From contig CAXXKA010000008.1 of assembly GCA_963668625.2 (NCBI GenBank), positions 1,216,001-1,280,000 of the forward strand: a stretch of DNA of 64,000 nucleotides. The letters are read 5' to 3'. Made by a program: the position numbers and the translations under genes. Origin of the DNA: an uncultured candidate division Zixibacteria bacterium. Lineage in GTDB: Bacteria; Zixibacteria; MSB-5A5; UBA10806; 4484-95. Below the pieces are notes generated by a model, which had not been told where the DNA came from, did no database searches, and saw only the letters and a list, made by a program, of their open reading frames with translations. How positions within the stretch are numbered: position 1 is the stretch's first letter; each line of letters begins with the position of its first letter. Below are positions 61,103-64,000 of the stretch, in pieces.

Positions 61103-63364
61103 TTAGAATATTTTTGCAGACGATATTTCATTATCTTCTTTCGAATCCAGTTCGGATCGTACTGCAAGAGATAATGATTTAAGGGTCAGAGGTTTTTTAA
61201 TAAATGCCCCGGCGCCCAGATCGAGAGCTTGTTGTACATGCTCATTCTCAGCGTAACCGGAGACTATAATAGCTTTTTGATCGGGATTTATAGCAATTGC
61301 TTTTTGATATGTTTCAGATCCATTGATATGTCCCGGCATTATCATATCGAGCACTATCAAATCGAATGTTTTTTTCCTCAATAGATTTATAGCTTTTTCG
61401 CCACAATCAACGGCCTCCGCGACGTAGCCGAGATTTTCCAGTAATTTCGTAGTAACCTCGCGCTGCAATTCATCATCATCTACCACCAGTATGGATTCAT
61501 CGCCGCCGATTATTCTGTCATCATTACTTGACCTTAATTTCTCACGGGTAATCGGGAAATAAAGATAGAATGTTGTCCCGACACCCAAATCACTCGCATA
61601 GTCGATAAACCCATTGTGATCTTCCATGATGGAGTGAACAACGGTTAAGCCAAGACCGGAACCTTTCCTTTTATCTGAAAGCTTGGTCGTGAAAAACGGA
61701 TCGAATATTTTCGGTAATGTCTCAGGCGAAATGCCATGCCCCGTATCGGAAATCGTTATTTTAATATATTCGCCCTGTGGTATTTTGTAGTAATTACCGG
61801 CAGGCTTATCCTGATAGTAGTTTTCGGTTTTGATGGATATTATTCCATCTCCTTCTAGCGCCTCTATGCTGTTTGAAATCAAATTCAACAGGATCCTGTT
61901 TACCTGGGCGGCTCCCCCTTTTACCGTCATCGGATACTCCACCAGATCGATATCCAGGCTGGCATATGAGGGTATCGGTTGAAGCTGGTTTATTACTTGC
62001 TTTACCACCTTATTGATATCCATGGGGATTTGATTGTAATGTCCTCGTCGGCTTAATGTCAGGAGTTGCTGGTTTATCTCAGCTATATAGGCGGCCGCGA
62101 CTTCTATTTTATTGATATACTGGATAGAAGGGTGATCCTCTGAAAGTGTGTTTTTTATCAGATCGGGATACGCCATTAGCGGCGCCAGCAGATTGTTAAA
62201 ATCATGCGCTACCTGCCCGGCTATTCGACCCGCTACCTCGAGACGCTGGGCTCTCTGTCCCTGTTCCTGTAACTTCTTGAAATCGGTAATATCAATAATA
62301 ATACCCCTGTAGCCGATGGGCTTATCATCATGCAAAATAACATTCGAGTAGATATGAATATCTGCTTGTTCTCCGCTTTTTCTTATAAGTTTGTATTCGG
62401 AATCTTCAGTGTCTTCTCCAGCAATCAGTTTTTTCATATTATTCCGTACTCGGGAAAATTCTTCCTCGCTGAATAACGAAGCGATGTTGAATCCCTCGGA
62501 TACTTCTTTACTGGTGTAACCGGTAAACTCGAAAGCATAACGGTTGGCATATATAATATTGCCATCTATATCGAGCTCGAATACCATTTGCGGTAATAAT
62601 TCAGCCAGTTCTTTGAATCTGCTTTCGCTTTTGCGGAGTCTTTGCTCGGCGGATGAGCGTTTACGATTCGATTTTAAATTCTGGCTTATTAGTTTAAATT
62701 GTAATAATAATATGAGTAGCAGTATGCTAAGAAAAGCATAAGTCATTTTACGTTTTACGTCGGCTATTTTCGCTTTGACATCATCTACATACATGCCTGT
62801 ACCGATAATCCAGCCCCAGGGCTCGAAACCTTTGACAAATGTAACTTTTAACGCTAGATTCAGCGGGTCATCATAGCGGTCGAAGACATATTCGATATAA
62901 CCTTCACCATTATTTTCGACCATTTCAATCGATTCATTGGATATATCGGTATCAATGGCCTGGCTAGAATCAATCAAATCTGGCACGTAGAGATCAGGCC
63001 TGTATGGGTGCATTAATAACTTGGATTTGCCATCGTGTATCCAGAAATAATCTTTCAACTCGGGGCCATATCGGATATATTTTACGCTTTCGACAACCTC
63101 ATCCTGGGCTTGCTTGAGGCTAAGTTTGCCCTCCTTTACCTGGGCATTATAATGATCCATATAGGTATAGACTACATAAGCCAGATTCTTAACACTTTCT
63201 TTTCTTTCGGAGATTATGTCGTTTTCGAAATATGGCAGCATTAAACCGAAAATAGCTATCGTGAATAATATGACGCTTAATAATGCAGGGATAATTATAT
63301 TCGAGTATTCTGAATACCTGGAAATATTCAGAAAACGAGAAATTGCGGTTTTAATTCGTGTCAT
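61103..63364 (-). CDS. Hybrid sensor histidine kinase (sCache_2 - PAS - HisKA - HATPase - receiver), paralog of 58602-60836
   Basis: Same architecture, with the shared RAQRLEVAGRIAGQVAHDFNNLL H-box. Confidence 0.92.
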   Translation of the reverse strand: MTRIKTAISRFLNISRYSEYSNIIIPALLSVILFTIAIFGLMLPYFENDIISERKESVKNLAYVVYTYMDHYNAQVKEGKLSLKQAQDEVVESVKYIRYGPELKDYFWIHDGKSKLLMHPYRPDLYVPDLIDSSQAIDTDISNESIEMVENNGEGYIEYVFDRYDDPLNLALKVTFVKGFEPWGWIIGTGMYVDDVKAKIADVKRKMTYAFLSILLLILLLQFKLISQNLKSNRKRSSAEQRLRKSESRFKELAELLPQMVFELDIDGNIIYANRYAFEFTGYTSKEVSEGFNIASLFSEEEFSRVRNNMKKLIAGEDTEDSEYKLIRKSGEQADIHIYSNVILHDDKPIGYRGIIIDITDFKKLQEQGQRAQRLEVAGRIAGQVAHDFNNLLAPLMAYPDLIKNTLSEDHPSIQYINKIEVAAAYIAEINQQLLTLSRRGHYNQIPMDINKVVKQVINQLQPIPSYASLDIDLVEYPMTVKGGAAQVNRILLNLISNSIEALEGDGIISIKTENYYQDKPAGNYYKIPQGEYIKITISDTGHGISPETLPKIFDPFFTTKLSDKRKGSGLGLTVVHSIMEDHNGFIDYASDLGVGTTFYLYFPITREKLRSSNDDRIIGGDESILVVDDDELQREVTTKLLENLGYVAEAVDCGEKAINLLRKKTFDLIVLDMIMPGHINGSETYQKAIAINPDQKAIIVSGYAENEHVQQALDLGAGAFIKKPLTLKSLSLAVRSELDSKEDNEISSAKIF

Positions 63365-63565
63365 CTCCTTTTTTCCTATTCAATATTTTTTTCGGTTGTG
63401 ATGATGGATATCTTGAATTGTTGTCAATTATAAGTTTAAAATACTAATATTTATTGTTATAAAAGTTAATTAACAAGAAAGGTACATATGTTGATCTATA
63501 ATTGTATGATCCCGATACGAAAGATGCGTTGTTAAGTACGATATCAGGCAATAGTCCGAAGTGTA

Positions 63566-64000
63566 TTAATTCAGGATAATTTTATCACCCTTGATCGGTA
63601 CTCCCTCGAATCTCAGCAAACGTTTTTTTATCTCTATGCCATCCCCTCCGCTGTAGCCGGTCAGATGACCATCGGAGCCAACGATTCTGTGGCAGGGGAT
63701 AACTATCGGGATTGGATTAGTAGCCATCGCCTGTCCGGCTGCTCGGGCGGCTTTTGGGGAACCGGCCTTTCGCGCCAACTCGCCATAAGTTATTACCGAA
63801 CCGAATGGGATTCGAGTAGCCGTTTTCAGAGCTTTCAATTTGAAAGGCGTCAGATAGTCGATATCGAGATCAGCATCGAAACTATCACGCTTACCGTTGA
63901 AATATTCGGCCAACTGTTTTTTTATCCCCGAAGTTTTGTGGGTATCTTCCCCGGTTTTAAAGCCATATTTGCAGGCATGCTCGAAAATGTCAATAAGCCC
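63566..64000 (-). CDS. ogt: Methylated-DNA--protein-cysteine methyltransferase, 5' end outside the window
   Basis: L.EYF.G.R..F, IPFG...TYGELA, ARAAG.A...NP.PI.IPCHR, L.GY.GG. The frame stays open to the window edge. Confidence 0.93.
   Translation of the reverse strand, partial: GLIDIFEHACKYGFKTGEDTHKTSGIKKQLAEYFNGKRDSFDADLDIDYLTPFKLKALKTATRIPFGSVITYGELARKAGSPKAARAAGQAMATNPIPIVIPCHRIVGSDGHLTGYSGGDGIEIKKRLLRFEGVPIKGDKIILN

Overview
Bacterial chromosomal window from a diderm organism. Evidence: lnt is present, MurE has the meso-DAP-type DNPR motif, and several proteins carry T9SS/Por-type C-terminal 'YPNP' sorting domains. By inference this suggests an FCB-superphylum lineage (Zixibacteria-like), which is not verified. 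Most of the window is housekeeping: valS, priA, purM, gpmI, lnt, an mraZ-to-ftsZ dcw cluster lacking murB/ddl, and ogt. Accessory material includes (i) nested MITE/REP elements at ~1.5-2.05 kb; (ii) an AT-rich, doubly frameshifted asparagine-synthase-like gene; (iii) a frameshifted M28 peptidase with an inserted beta-propeller; (iv) a DUF362/polyferredoxin/lipoprotein operon; (v) an AT-rich SIR2-domain gene fused to 12 near-identical 105-bp TPR repeats that vary mainly at ligand-groove positions, the best candidate for an undescribed defence/sensor system, with a ParB/Srx-like neighbour and an upstream structured RNA-like segment; (vi) a PorZ-like gene heading a glycan-modification operon that contains an unannotated 46-aa membrane protein and converges on a gingipain-like C25 gene with a sigma54-type promoter; and (vii) tandem paralogous Cache-PAS hybrid kinases. 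No rRNA, tRNA, CRISPR array or transposase was seen. All family calls come from motif recognition, not database searches.
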